A program made the position numbers and the translations under genes. From positions 1-64,000 of IMG/VR virus record IMGVR_UViG_3300020576_002312: a DNA stretch of 64,000 nt, one strand, 5' to 3'. Of this stretch, positions 25,880 to 36,171 are shown in pieces. The stretch is from a virus (Duplodnaviria > Caudoviricetes). Positions within the stretch are counted from its first letter, which is position 1; every line of letters starts with the position of its first letter. Under the pieces are notes generated by a model. It did not search any database. It had not been told where the DNA came from and saw nothing but the letters and a program-made list of their open reading frames with translations.

Positions 25880-28216
25880 ATGATTCAAAGCAATAAGTAC
25901 GCAACGGGTGAATTTAATCCACCTTCACGTGAAATTGATCCGTTAAAAAAGAATGATGATTACTTTCGTGCGTGGAGTGAATACATCTTCTCTTTATGGT
26001 CTAAAAGCGAAACCGCTTGGGGTTACGACCAAATGGATTACTTCACAACCATGCGTCAATATGCTGACGGGAAACAGGACTCGAATCAATATCGTCCACA
26101 CGTGATTCAAGCAACTGATGAGGATGACGACACATCGGTAACATCAATCTTCGACAACAACAACTTCACAAGACAGGCAAAACGTACAGGTTACGACAAT
26201 GTGATATGGCAGAACCTGTCTCCAAGCGTGAAGATCATGTCGAGCCTTCACGGAATGTTAGATAAGTTCGACTTTGACATTTACGCTGACATGATTGATG
26301 CCGACAGTAAAGGGTTGGTGGAGTTCATCAAGTATAAGAAGTTTCACGAGGCAAAGGACTTTAAATTTCAATCAGAATATAAGGCTAAAGCGGGTATTCC
26401 CTTTGACCAAGAGGTTACATTTCCAAAGACCAAAGAAGAACTTGAATCTTTCGAGGCGAGAGAAGGCTTTAAACTGAATATAGCAAAGAGTATGCAGAAG
26501 CTCTTACGCTACTCATTCCATTTAAGTCAGTGGGATAGTAATGTAAGAAAGAAGGTACTTGATGATTTTATCTCAGTAGGCTATGGAGCAACAAGAGATT
26601 ATTTCGATAGTGAAGATAACAAGTTCAAAGTAAAATGGAATGATCCCGCAAGAGTAGTTATTCAATTCTCTCATGAGTATGACTATAATGATGCTGAGTA
26701 TGCAGGGTACTTTACCGAGTGGACAATATCTAACATAAGGTCTAAACGACCCGACATCCCCGAAGAAGAACTACTTAAACTTGCTAAAGCTAATACAGGC
26801 AGATGGAACAACCCTAAGAGATGGGCAGATAGATATAGTAAACTCGATGGCAAGACAGGTGCATACGGCTACGATAACTTTGATGTGTGTGTCTTCGAGG
26901 CATTGTTCTTAGATACCGATTTCTATAAGAGAAAATACTACAAAGATCAGTGGGGCAAGGATAGAATAAGAGATACCGCTTATAATAAAGAGTTATCCGC
27001 AGATAGCATACGCAGAGGTAGTAAGGTTGTTAAGGGCGGAACAAGAAACTGGAAGCAGTGCTTTTGGATTGTCGATACTGACTATGTGTTCGATTGCGGG
27101 TTAGTAACCATGAGTCCACGACCAAACGGGACTAAGCCTAAGTGCCCAATTCACGTAGAACAGTTACTTCAGACATCAATCATTTATAGGTTACGTCCGA
27201 TACTCGATCAGATAGCTATCACATGGCTTAGATTCCAAAACTCTATGGCTAACATGGTAGAGAGGGGCTATGCAGTGAACATGGGTAAGCTGATGGGGAT
27301 TGTCCTTAACGGAAAAGAGTTAGATCCCGCAAGTGTAATAAACCTATGGAAGCGTAAAGGTCTATTGCCTTATATGGACTCTATGACGGGTCAGTACCAG
27401 GGGGGCGCAGCTATCCCCGTGACACCTATTGACGGTGGACTCGGACAGAGGGTAATGGAAACACAGACAGTGTTCGATATGCTCTATGCAAAGATTGAGT
27501 CCGAGATAGGGCTTAACCCATTATCTTTAGGAAGTACTCCTAATCCTAATGCACCTGTGGCAACATCAGAGGCAGCGTTGAGAGCAACATCAAACGTACT
27601 TAAACCGATAATGGATTCACTCTTTGAACTTAAAGAGAGTATTGCCGAAAGCATGGCGTTAAGGATTCAGATTGGGTTGAGAGTCAATGAAGATATTAGA
27701 CAAGCATACGCAGGGGTCATCACCCCAACCGATATAAGGGCAATGGTCATGGCAGAGAGTTCATCGGTGCAGTATGGTATTATGCTCAAATCAAGACCTG
27801 ACGAACAGCAGAGAGCAGACATCAAGCGTTACATGGAGCTTGGAATACAGGCAGGACTTATTACACCACCCGATGCAATGTACTTCTCGGAAAGGCTGAT
27901 CTCAGGTTCAGACTTAATTGAGATACGTCAGGAGATAGCCTACTCAATACAGAAAGAGTACGAAAGAAAGCAGAAAGAACAACAGGCTAACATCGACAGA
28001 CAGAATCAAGGCTTGATGGCTATGGAACAGCAGAAAGCACAGAATACACAACAGCAGACCATGATGGACACACAGGTTGACATGGCGAAGAAGAAAGCCG
28101 ATATTGACGGGAAAGCATACCTGATGAAACTCGAACAGAATTATAATCTACTTAATCAGACCTTACAGGATATGATGGTAGAGGATGGATTAGCACAACC
28201 AAACGTACCTAAGTAA
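25880..28216 (+). CDS. portal protein (crAss-like)
   Basis: 778 aa after TerL; Q-rich C-terminal barrel; DPARVVIQ...EYAGYF pattern. Confidence 0.88.
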   Translation: MIQSNKYATGEFNPPSREIDPLKKNDDYFRAWSEYIFSLWSKSETAWGYDQMDYFTTMRQYADGKQDSNQYRPHVIQATDEDDDTSVTSIFDNNNFTRQAKRTGYDNVIWQNLSPSVKIMSSLHGMLDKFDFDIYADMIDADSKGLVEFIKYKKFHEAKDFKFQSEYKAKAGIPFDQEVTFPKTKEELESFEAREGFKLNIAKSMQKLLRYSFHLSQWDSNVRKKVLDDFISVGYGATRDYFDSEDNKFKVKWNDPARVVIQFSHEYDYNDAEYAGYFTEWTISNIRSKRPDIPEEELLKLAKANTGRWNNPKRWADRYSKLDGKTGAYGYDNFDVCVFEALFLDTDFYKRKYYKDQWGKDRIRDTAYNKELSADSIRRGSKVVKGGTRNWKQCFWIVDTDYVFDCGLVTMSPRPNGTKPKCPIHVEQLLQTSIIYRLRPILDQIAITWLRFQNSMANMVERGYAVNMGKLMGIVLNGKELDPASVINLWKRKGLLPYMDSMTGQYQGGAAIPVTPIDGGLGQRVMETQTVFDMLYAKIESEIGLNPLSLGSTPNPNAPVATSEAALRATSNVLKPIMDSLFELKESIAESMALRIQIGLRVNEDIRQAYAGVITPTDIRAMVMAESSSVQYGIMLKSRPDEQQRADIKRYMELGIQAGLITPPDAMYFSERLISGSDLIEIRQEIAYSIQKEYERKQKEQQANIDRQNQGLMAMEQQKAQNTQQQTMMDTQVDMAKKKADIDGKAYLMKLEQNYNLLNQTLQDMMVEDGLAQPNVPK

Positions 28217-28233
28217 AAAAATACATATAAGAT

Positions 28234-28521
28234 ATGGCATCAGCTAAAGACAGGTGGGCAATCCTAAATAACATAATCGCTAAAGCAGGGGGCATAGAAA
28301 ACGTGAACCTGCATAGTGAACTTGCAAAAAGCGAGGCAGTACTTAACATGCACAAGGCAAATACCGATATGAGTGCCTTGCAGAGTTCAACTCCCCCACT
28401 AAGTTCCACACCAACTCCCCCACAATCGCAAAATTCACTCGGAGATACTGCAAATCCATTGTCAACTCAACCGATGTCTCCTGAGATGGGACAAAGTACC
28501 AACGGACAACCACCAATGTAA
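28234..28521 (+). CDS. small protein with Ser/Thr/Pro-rich tail
   Basis: ORF track; SSTPPLSSTPTPPQSQ; followed by terminator. Confidence 0.65.
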   Translation: MASAKDRWAILNNIIAKAGGIENVNLHSELAKSEAVLNMHKANTDMSALQSSTPPLSSTPTPPQSQNSLGDTANPLSTQPMSPEMGQSTNGQPPM

Positions 28522-28547
28522 AAACAAGCTGTTTTCATTATAAATTC

Positions 28548-28589
28548 TACGATATAGGTACTCACACTACTTATATCGTATTTTTTTTT
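28548..28589 (+). terminator. intrinsic terminator
   Basis: TACGATATAGGTA/TACTTATATCGTA followed by T9. Confidence 0.75.
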
Positions 28590-28616
28590 GATGAAATATT
28601 TGGAAATGTCAAATGG

Positions 28617-28823
28617 GTGATTTATCTTTGCTGCATGAAAAAATCAAAACTTAAAAAAGAGAATCAATATTTAAGGGATACAATTAGTGTTCTCCGTAAA
28701 GAAATAGATACTCTCTGTGGAGATGATGAATACGCCAAAAGCGTTATTAAACTTGAAAGGCAGATTAACCAAGACCTTGCTGATGCGCTATGGTCGGTTG
28801 CTTTCTCTCATGGGCGATACTAA
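28617..28823 (+). CDS. small hypothetical protein (start probably MKKSK)
   Basis: Promoter box at 28623-28630 lies inside the ORF-track start. Confidence 0.55.
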   Translation: MIYLCCMKKSKLKKENQYLRDTISVLRKEIDTLCGDDEYAKSVIKLERQINQDLADALWSVAFSHGRY

Positions 28824-28852
28824 AGCGATTTAAAAAATAATACTTATCTTTG

Positions 28853-29247
28853 TTACGTTAAAAGAATAACGTGGCAAGATTCCAAAGACATAATTCAAAA
28901 GTACTGAACCTCGTAGATGGTTGTAGAACTTCCGCTTTCCACGGTATTCTTTTAACCAACCTAATACGGGGTTCTTCTATAACTTATCTTGACTCCCTGC
29001 TGATTATATCGAGCAAAATTGAAGACGTACTATTTGTAGCAGGGGGAATAAAAATAATCTGTGCAACGTCCGACAGCCTGACGACATAGTGGGTAATCTC
29101 CTTTAAAGGATAAAACAATCCCCCCCAATTAAACTATTGGATTAAACTAACAAGTAGAGTGCAAAGATGCAAAGTGGGTAAGATTACCCTATAAAGGCTC
29201 TTATACCCTTGACTGAACGACACCTGAAAATGGGTATCGTTTTTTTT
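28853..29247 (+). ncRNA. candidate structured non-coding RNA between portal and scaffold
   Basis: Promoter box 28845-28852; stems TCCCTGCT/AGCAGGGG and GGGTAATCT/AGATTACCC; terminator 29216-29247. Confidence 0.4.
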
Positions 29248-29289
29248 ATGTACCTTTGCAAAAGGAAACTTAACGAAAAGAACAGAAAT

Positions 29290-30414
29290 ATGGCAGGACT
29301 TGGAGATATTTTAGGCAAGGGAACGGCAACGCCCCCTGTAGAACCAACAGAACCGACAACACCGGTTACTCCCGCAGGTGAACCAACAACACCAACGACA
29401 CCTCCGGTAGAACCGAAAAAAGATACAACTCATCCACCCGCAACGACAACATCGTGGGTTGATGAGATTAACAAGGCGTACAAAACAGAGTTTAAGACTC
29501 CCGAAGATTTTGGTAAGTACTTTGAAAGATCAAAGAAGGTCGATGAGTATGAAAGTAAATCTAAGGAGTTTGAGACAAAAGAAAAGCAGTATAAAGAGCA
29601 AGTTGAAACCTTGCAGAGTTCATTGAATCCATTGAGCTATTTTTCAACACCAGAGGCTTACGTAGCCGAGCAGCTAAGAAGGCAATACCCCGATAAGAGT
29701 CCTTCTGTATTACAGGAGATTGTAATCAGAGACACAAAAGGAGTAGCCGACATAGAAGTGCTTGTAAAAAACAAACTACTTGAGACTCCTGACCTCATAG
29801 GCGGGGAAGCGGGAGCGAGAGAATTAGTTTACAGCGAACTTGGTATAGACGGGGACACTTTAGAGACAGAGTGGACAAACCTGACTAAGAACAAGATCAA
29901 AACACAAGCCAAAGATATACGTAAGTCGTGGGATGAACTTAAATCTAAAGTCGAGTTACCGAAGGTACAGACCGCAGAGGAGATTGCCCTTTCACGGACA
30001 AACGCACTTCAAGCAAAACTTGAATCAGCAAAACCCCTGATAGAGCAGTATTCAAAGTTCGATCACTTTACAGAAGAAATTGAAGACGGTAAAACATTCG
30101 ATTTTATAGTGCCGGATGAGTATAAACAATCACTACCTGAAATGATAAAGGCAGCGATTGAGGCAGGGATAGAACCAACCGCAGAGAACATGGCTGTACT
30201 CCATGAGCAGAAAGAGGCTTTACTCCTTCGTAGGAACTTCAAGCAGATATATAAAAGTATCGAGGCTGATGTCGAGACGAGGTTGAAAGCTGAAGAAGAT
30301 AAACGAAACGGTAACATTCCACCCGCTAATACTACAAAGGCTACGGAGTCAGAGTTAGAACGTCAGAAATTCAGTAAAGAACATGGTATTGGAAAATTGC
30401 TTGACAAAAAATAA
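29290..30414 (+). CDS. capsid scaffolding protein
   Basis: Directly upstream of MCP; acidic coiled coil; P/T-rich N-terminus; promoter TACCTTTG at 29251. Confidence 0.7.
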   Translation: MAGLGDILGKGTATPPVEPTEPTTPVTPAGEPTTPTTPPVEPKKDTTHPPATTTSWVDEINKAYKTEFKTPEDFGKYFERSKKVDEYESKSKEFETKEKQYKEQVETLQSSLNPLSYFSTPEAYVAEQLRRQYPDKSPSVLQEIVIRDTKGVADIEVLVKNKLLETPDLIGGEAGARELVYSELGIDGDTLETEWTNLTKNKIKTQAKDIRKSWDELKSKVELPKVQTAEEIALSRTNALQAKLESAKPLIEQYSKFDHFTEEIEDGKTFDFIVPDEYKQSLPEMIKAAIEAGIEPTAENMAVLHEQKEALLLRRNFKQIYKSIEADVETRLKAEEDKRNGNIPPANTTKATESELERQKFSKEHGIGKLLDKK

Positions 30415-30449
30415 ATATAATTTGTTAAACAATTTTAATATAAAATAAG

Positions 30450-31892
30450 ATGTCACTTTCCAATCAGGCAATTACAAACAACACCTTTCAGGGATCTCAC
30501 GATTCCGCATGGGCGAGTCTTTATAGTCTCGTCAATCTTCCACAGGTATATCCTAATCTCGTACAGCGTTACGGTGCAGGATTTTCCAGAGAATTTTTCG
30601 AGTTCCTTACCATCGCAGGACAGGTAGGTACTTGTAAAGCACAGACAGAAACAACTTTTGAGAAGGGTTCTCCTGAAAAGGCAATTACTCTTTCCGCAGC
30701 TATCACAGTTGTTGGCGCAGGCGCAACAATCGCTGTATCAATCAACGAGTGGAACGGTGCAGGTCAGTCTTACCTTTCAATAGGACAGAAGATACTTATC
30801 CCACCTGCCTATATCACAAAGAGTGGTGTAAAACCCGTAGTAGGTCACTGGTATCAGGTAACTTCAATGGGCGCAGTTCAAGCACCGGAAGCTAACACTG
30901 TATTCACATGTACCCCTCTTGATGCACTGACAGTTCTCGCAGTACAAGTTCCATCGGGAACAAGTCTGATGGTAACAGGAGGTAACTTTGCTCCTGGTTC
31001 ACTTGGCGCAAAACCTAAAACAAGCGGATGGTACTCACGTACATTCACAACTGCTATCAAACGTGCTGCTTTCGCTATCGAGGGTTCACAGCAGTCCACA
31101 GAGAGATACACCGACCACCTTATAGGAGGAAGTCAGGGTGTATTCAGTGAGGCTTCAATTCAGGGTGAGTTCGATCTCGATCAGTCAATAAATTACGAAA
31201 TCCTTCTTGGTGGAGTAGCAAACAACCTGACCATGACTAACGAGGATAGTGTTGCTAACTCAGTACGTGGTACACTCGGATTCCTTCCACAGCTTGAATC
31301 AAGAGCTTGCAGACAGTATTACACATCTGCTTATAGCGTTCCTGATGTTGATGATATCAAAAAAGCATGGATTTCACAGGGTGTTACCGAAACCAATGGT
31401 ACACTGATTGCGGGGAATGATTTCCTTCAGGGATTAGAGAACAACGCTCTTGACTTCATTAAAGAGTTCTCAGGTGGAACAGACCTTATGACAGCAATGA
31501 ACGAGATGAAAGTTGACTTCAAAGTGCTGAAAAAAGGACTCATCACACTGACACTTCACGAGATGAAATCTTTCACCAACCCTAACACCCTTGGTAACTA
31601 CGACTTCGGCAAGTACGCAGTTGTATTCCCAAGCACACAGGTAACAGTGAGAGAAGGTGCAGGTGCAACCGAGATTAAGATTCCAAACGTAAGGCTCGCC
31701 TATAAGAACTATAATGGTGAAGACAGAACACGTTGCTTCGGGACTATCAACGGTATCAATGGATTTTCAGGTGGAAATCAGAACATTGCTGACGCAAGGG
31801 ACAGAAAAAAAGTTGAGATATTAAGTGAGTTCATGCTTCAGGTTCATGCAGCCAACCAAATGCTCCTTATAATGCCGTCAACGGTTTTATAA
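30450..31892 (+). CDS. major capsid protein (crAss-like HK97 fold)
   Basis: 480 aa; position portal-scaffold-MCP; highly expressed codon style; terminator follows. Confidence 0.85.
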   Translation: MSLSNQAITNNTFQGSHDSAWASLYSLVNLPQVYPNLVQRYGAGFSREFFEFLTIAGQVGTCKAQTETTFEKGSPEKAITLSAAITVVGAGATIAVSINEWNGAGQSYLSIGQKILIPPAYITKSGVKPVVGHWYQVTSMGAVQAPEANTVFTCTPLDALTVLAVQVPSGTSLMVTGGNFAPGSLGAKPKTSGWYSRTFTTAIKRAAFAIEGSQQSTERYTDHLIGGSQGVFSEASIQGEFDLDQSINYEILLGGVANNLTMTNEDSVANSVRGTLGFLPQLESRACRQYYTSAYSVPDVDDIKKAWISQGVTETNGTLIAGNDFLQGLENNALDFIKEFSGGTDLMTAMNEMKVDFKVLKKGLITLTLHEMKSFTNPNTLGNYDFGKYAVVFPSTQVTVREGAGATEIKIPNVRLAYKNYNGEDRTRCFGTINGINGFSGGNQNIADARDRKKVEILSEFMLQVHAANQMLLIMPSTVL

Positions 31893-31912
31893 TCAGTATA
31901 ATACTAAACACT

Positions 31913-31943
31913 AAGGGGAATATTTGTTTATTCCCCTTTTTTT
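31913..31943 (+). terminator. intrinsic terminator after MCP
   Basis: AAGGGGAATA/TATTCCCCTT followed by T-run. Confidence 0.8.
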
Positions 31944-31946
31944 ATT

Positions 31947-32044
31947 TATCTTTGTAGTGGAGATAGTCGAGGGTAATTGCTCGATGATAAGGGGCAGCCA
32001 ACAACCCTTCTCCACTTTTGTTGGCATCACTAAATTGTTGGATA
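31947..32044 (+). promoter_or_regulatory. promoter and pseudoknot-capable leader of HNH gene
   Basis: TATCTTTG; stems GTGGAGA/TCTCCAC, TCGAG/CTCGA, AAGGG/CCCTT; loop GCCAACAA complementary to TTGTTGG twice downstream. Confidence 0.55.
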
Positions 32045-32857
32045 ATGAATAAGATATGTACTGTATGTGGGCAAGAGAAAGAGATTGATCTCTTTGTAAA
32101 GAAGGCTAAAAGTCCAGACGGACACGCATCTGAATGTAAAGATTGCCATAATAAGCACAATAAGGATGTTTATTATAGAGATATAGAAAAAAGTAGAGAA
32201 AAAGGACGGACAACATCTGCTTCTTATAAAAAAAGGCATCCAGATAGGGTTAAGGAAAATGCTAAGAAGGAACATGTAAAAAATAAAGACAAATATGATA
32301 GCCGTATTATTATATATAGGAGTACACATAAGGATGAAATAAATACATCCAAGCGAGAGTACGCTAAAAAACATCCTGAAAAGGTAAAAAAATGGCACGA
32401 TAATGCAGTTAAGAAAAATGGGGATAAATATAAGGATACTAATAAAAGATATAAAAAAGAAAATAAAGAACGTCTTAATAAACTTGAGGTTGAAAGACGT
32501 AACAAGAATCCACAATTAAAGATTGCGCATAGTCTTAGAAATAGCATAGGTAAATCGTTAAAATCCAAGAGTGAACTTGGAAGAACTCCATCTCTTATAG
32601 GATGCTCTATTGATTCTTTTTGTAAATATCTTGAATCTTTGTTTACAGATGGGATGACATGGAAAAACTATGGACAGGGAAATGATAAATGGACGATTGA
32701 CCATACAATTCCCCTTGTGACGTTTGACCTTGAAAACGAAGAACAACAAAAGATAGCGTTTCATTGGAGCAATATGAAACCTATGTGGCAAAGAGAAAAT
32801 TTTTCTAAAGGGAGTTTGCATAATGGGGTTAGACATCACCGAAAGAAGGCATCTTAA
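32045..32857 (+). CDS. HNH endonuclease (paralog of 20820-21605)
   Basis: ICTVCGQEK...ECKDC; LIGCS; MTWKNYG..WTIDHTIPL..FHWSNMKPMW..N. Confidence 0.88.
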   Translation: MNKICTVCGQEKEIDLFVKKAKSPDGHASECKDCHNKHNKDVYYRDIEKSREKGRTTSASYKKRHPDRVKENAKKEHVKNKDKYDSRIIIYRSTHKDEINTSKREYAKKHPEKVKKWHDNAVKKNGDKYKDTNKRYKKENKERLNKLEVERRNKNPQLKIAHSLRNSIGKSLKSKSELGRTPSLIGCSIDSFCKYLESLFTDGMTWKNYGQGNDKWTIDHTIPLVTFDLENEEQQKIAFHWSNMKPMWQRENFSKGSLHNGVRHHRKKAS

Positions 32858-32921
32858 TTCCATCTCAAAAATATTGTCTATCTTTGCAAGTGAAACGAGT
32901 ATTAATTAAAACAGAAAAGCA

Positions 32922-33935
32922 ATGTTAATTGTTAACGGCAGTGTCCTTCCGGCAAACGCCAATAAAGACCATGAATTATTTCCTATGGTCGATGAATATC
33001 AAAGGTCAATAAAGAAACTTAAAGCGGATTATCCTAAAGGAGAGATTACTCTCATGCGCATAGGCTATCCGCAGACTAACCCTACGGGGCTTGCAGAGGA
33101 TGTTCCCCCTATCTACTTCCCCATGCAGATATCAGACGGCAATGGTGTGTCGTGGGCATACTGCAAGGGCAGACCCGTCATACACCCTAACGGACTGAGA
33201 GAACTACCGAAAGAGGATAGGAGTGAAGCCTTGGGTGATCTTATCTTGCTGGATATAAATAAGAAAGAGGACTACACCTTCTACATGATGTTTAAGAGTG
33301 GTATTCTCAATAACATATACCGAGTATTCGATCCCGATGGTGACAGACTCAAAGAACTTAGACTTCGCAATGAGAGGCGTGAGGTTGAGTATGCTATCAG
33401 CAAAGGTATGGACGAGAGTAAACTACGCAACGTAGCAGCAGCATGGGGCGTAGAGAAGGCATACGAGAAAGATGTACTACTTGTGCAGGCAGACCTTGAG
33501 ACAAAGGTATTCGCTCTCGATGATATTAAAAAGAAAAACCCTACTAACCTTCAGTTGAAAGGTATCACTGAGTTTCTTACCGAGATTAAGGCAGACGACT
33601 ATCTGATGCCCAAGGCACTCGTGCAGAAAGCCATTGACTACAAAAAACTGGTAAAGGATAAGCAGGATCAGAAATATTACTTAGGGGACGTAGAGATATG
33701 TTATATTCCCGTAAATAAGAGGGACGATGAAGTGGACTTCATTGCGGGATATTTAAGACACCCCGATAATAAGGAGAAATGGGATCAGCTCCTAACGGAA
33801 ATGATAGACGAAGAATTTATTACAAGCGGAGATAAATATTCGGTGCGTTGGCTGGCAGTTCAGGTAGGAATACCCGTCAATCAGCAGGCCGAAGCAATCC
33901 GCAAAGCTCTACTCGACAAATTCGTGTCGAAGTAG
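32922..33935 (+). CDS. conserved crAss-like virion-module protein, function unknown
   Basis: Position after MCP; charged helical protein. Confidence 0.6.
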   Translation: MLIVNGSVLPANANKDHELFPMVDEYQRSIKKLKADYPKGEITLMRIGYPQTNPTGLAEDVPPIYFPMQISDGNGVSWAYCKGRPVIHPNGLRELPKEDRSEALGDLILLDINKKEDYTFYMMFKSGILNNIYRVFDPDGDRLKELRLRNERREVEYAISKGMDESKLRNVAAAWGVEKAYEKDVLLVQADLETKVFALDDIKKKNPTNLQLKGITEFLTEIKADDYLMPKALVQKAIDYKKLVKDKQDQKYYLGDVEICYIPVNKRDDEVDFIAGYLRHPDNKEKWDQLLTEMIDEEFITSGDKYSVRWLAVQVGIPVNQQAEAIRKALLDKFVSK

Positions 33936-33960
33936 TTTCTGTTCCTCGTTTCCTTTCTTT

Positions 33961-33993
33961 GGGTCTCTGTCACGAGTTGGCGGAGACCTTTTT
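33961..33993 (+). terminator. intrinsic terminator
   Basis: GGTCTCTGTCA/TGGCGGAGACC followed by T-run. Confidence 0.75.
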
Positions 33994-34048
33994 GATTTTA
34001 AGGGTGTCGCAAAAATCAACTATCTTTGTAACTAAATAAGATTAAGAT

Positions 34049-34798
34049 ATGCTATCATCCCTTGTGTATTCCACGCTACTCACTTTATTGAGGAAAGATG
34101 CCAGAGGTAACTCGGTTAGCGTTGAAGAATATAACCGATTAGCCTCGATAGTCAACACCAAATTATATCAGAAGTATTTTGAGTCAGAGTCGAGTGACGA
34201 TTCTCTTTCTGCGTTTAGGGTAATGCAATCGCCAATAAACTTAGTGGTAGGTGGTAACTCAGCAATGCCTTATGCAAAAGGATTCGCACCGAGTAACTTC
34301 TATTGGATGTCGGGAAAGCCTTTTTGTAATGACAATGGCACTGCAAGGTTTCTCGATCAGGTAACACCTCCTGAGATAGCATATAGGTATGCTGATTTTC
34401 TTACACAGCCGACTATTGAGAATCCACTATATCAGATTACAACCGCAGATGGCAATCCAAATTCATCCTATGCTTTTCTGTGTTATCCGAGTACGATAAG
34501 CACGATATACCTTGATTATTACAGGATAGCAAACACACCTGTTCTTGATTACTACATGAATAATACCACCTTCCAAAAGACATATCTTGATGAAGGTGTT
34601 ACTTATGTTATACCCGTGGGAAGTACTTATAGCGATGGGAGTACAAGCGGAAGCAAGGTATCTAAGACTATTGATTGGGAATGGGCAGAGGCAGACCTAC
34701 CTATTATTATGGCAATGATGCTCCAGGAAGCGGGAATAACCTTACCCGATCAGTTATTGCTTGAGGTGGGGATTAATAACGAAAAAGACTTACTGTAA
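34049..34798 (+). CDS. head-tail connector / ring protein
   Basis: SVEEYNRLA N-terminal pattern; YLDYYR..P; position. Confidence 0.65.
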   Translation: MLSSLVYSTLLTLLRKDARGNSVSVEEYNRLASIVNTKLYQKYFESESSDDSLSAFRVMQSPINLVVGGNSAMPYAKGFAPSNFYWMSGKPFCNDNGTARFLDQVTPPEIAYRYADFLTQPTIENPLYQITTADGNPNSSYAFLCYPSTISTIYLDYYRIANTPVLDYYMNNTTFQKTYLDEGVTYVIPVGSTYSDGSTSGSKVSKTIDWEWAEADLPIIMAMMLQEAGITLPDQLLLEVGINNEKDLL

Positions 34799-35445
34799 TG
34801 CAGAAAAATGAAATCAGGAGTTTAATCAAAAACTTACTACCACGTATAGATAAAGAATCGGTCTTCCACAATAGACTAATTGATGCCTCGGTGGAGAAGG
34901 TACTTGCAGAGATGTACGTTGAGTTATGGGGTGCAGACCCACGTTCAGTTGATGCTTATACAAAATCTTATACTAACATTACGATAGTTCAAGAACCATC
35001 TACAAGTATTTATTATAGTGTTCTTCCTGAAAGGATAATACCTATCCCCGACAATAGTTCAGGCGTAAGACATATATATCCTTTAGTGGCAAATACACCT
35101 GAGTTTAAACCCATGAGTGCTTTTGATATAAATAGGGTATATGATACAGATTTAGCGGTAGTAACAACTAAGGTTGGTTTTAGAGTTAAGCAACAGGGCA
35201 GTACTATATATCCGAGAGTTGACTATTGGAATACCACACCTACGATAGTTAATGCGGGAGTGAGAATGGAGCTTCTTATACCCTTCAGTGCTTATGCAGA
35301 TACCGATATAGTGTTAGTGCCTGAGTTGAAGAATAAAGCGGGAGAATCCTTTACGGATAGGGTAATTAGATTACTTTCAGTTATACCCCCGATAGATACT
35401 GCCGATAATAATAAGAATAAGTACGCACAACCTTCTAAGCAATAA
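34798..35445 (+). CDS. tail ring (tubular) protein
   Basis: Position and size in the ring-protein series. Confidence 0.6.
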   Translation: MQKNEIRSLIKNLLPRIDKESVFHNRLIDASVEKVLAEMYVELWGADPRSVDAYTKSYTNITIVQEPSTSIYYSVLPERIIPIPDNSSGVRHIYPLVANTPEFKPMSAFDINRVYDTDLAVVTTKVGFRVKQQGSTIYPRVDYWNTTPTIVNAGVRMELLIPFSAYADTDIVLVPELKNKAGESFTDRVIRLLSVIPPIDTADNNKNKYAQPSKQ

Positions 35446-35454
35446 TAAAAGTAT

Positions 35455-36168
35455 ATGGCGCAGACTAGTGGATTTCGTGAGATTGGGTTGGTGGTCGATA
35501 ACTTCTTGGCAAAGAATAAACTCACCAACGATGACTACTTTACGTACCTCATCCATGCCTGTGATGCGTACAGAGAGATAAGTTTAAGACATAGCAATGC
35601 CATAGTAACGGCAAAGGTTAGTATATCATCTTTAGGGATAATAGATATGCCAGCTGATATGGTAGGGTTCTCTAACTTATTTATTCCTATAAATGGTGAG
35701 TTTTGGAGTTTTACAGACTTACCGAGGAAAGTAAATACTACAACAACGACTAATAATGTAGAGGGACAGGATGCGACACAGGGCGAGGGCGTTGATGTAA
35801 AGAAAGAGTTCTTCTATGGCATTGGTGGTGTAGGTGGGGTGAACGACTACGGGCGTAAGATAGACTGGAAAGCACGAAGGATATTCTGTGACGGGATTAA
35901 GTCTGATACCGCAGTATTGGTTTACACAAGCAATGGGTTAGAGGTTGGAGCGAGTACATATATCCCCTCTCAGTGTGAGATTTGTATTGACAGGTATCTT
36001 ATGTGGAAACAATCAGAGTTCGATAACGAGTCAATGAATAAGGTCGTCTATAACGAGGAAAAGTGGAAGGAAGAAGTGTTAAAACTCAGAGTGTTTAATT
36101 TCCTTCCAAACCGTGATGAACTTGAAGATGCTTGGAATAAGTCAGTAACTCAAAGTTATCAAAGGTAG
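35455..36168 (+). CDS. tail ring (tubular) protein
   Basis: AKVSISSLGIIDMPADMV pattern; position before muzzle. Confidence 0.6.
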   Translation: MAQTSGFREIGLVVDNFLAKNKLTNDDYFTYLIHACDAYREISLRHSNAIVTAKVSISSLGIIDMPADMVGFSNLFIPINGEFWSFTDLPRKVNTTTTTNNVEGQDATQGEGVDVKKEFFYGIGGVGGVNDYGRKIDWKARRIFCDGIKSDTAVLVYTSNGLEVGASTYIPSQCEICIDRYLMWKQSEFDNESMNKVVYNEEKWKEEVLKLRVFNFLPNRDELEDAWNKSVTQSYQR

Positions 36169-36171
36169 GAA

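Noticed and set aside
28871-29089. 72-aa ORF between portal and scaffold
   Set aside because: GTG start, atypical composition and overlap with extensive RNA stems; treated as non-coding
32030-32863. Antisense ORFs over HNH and cargo genes (also 46861-50868 and others in the track)
   Set aside because: Shadow frames of strongly biased sense-strand coding; no promoters or motifs
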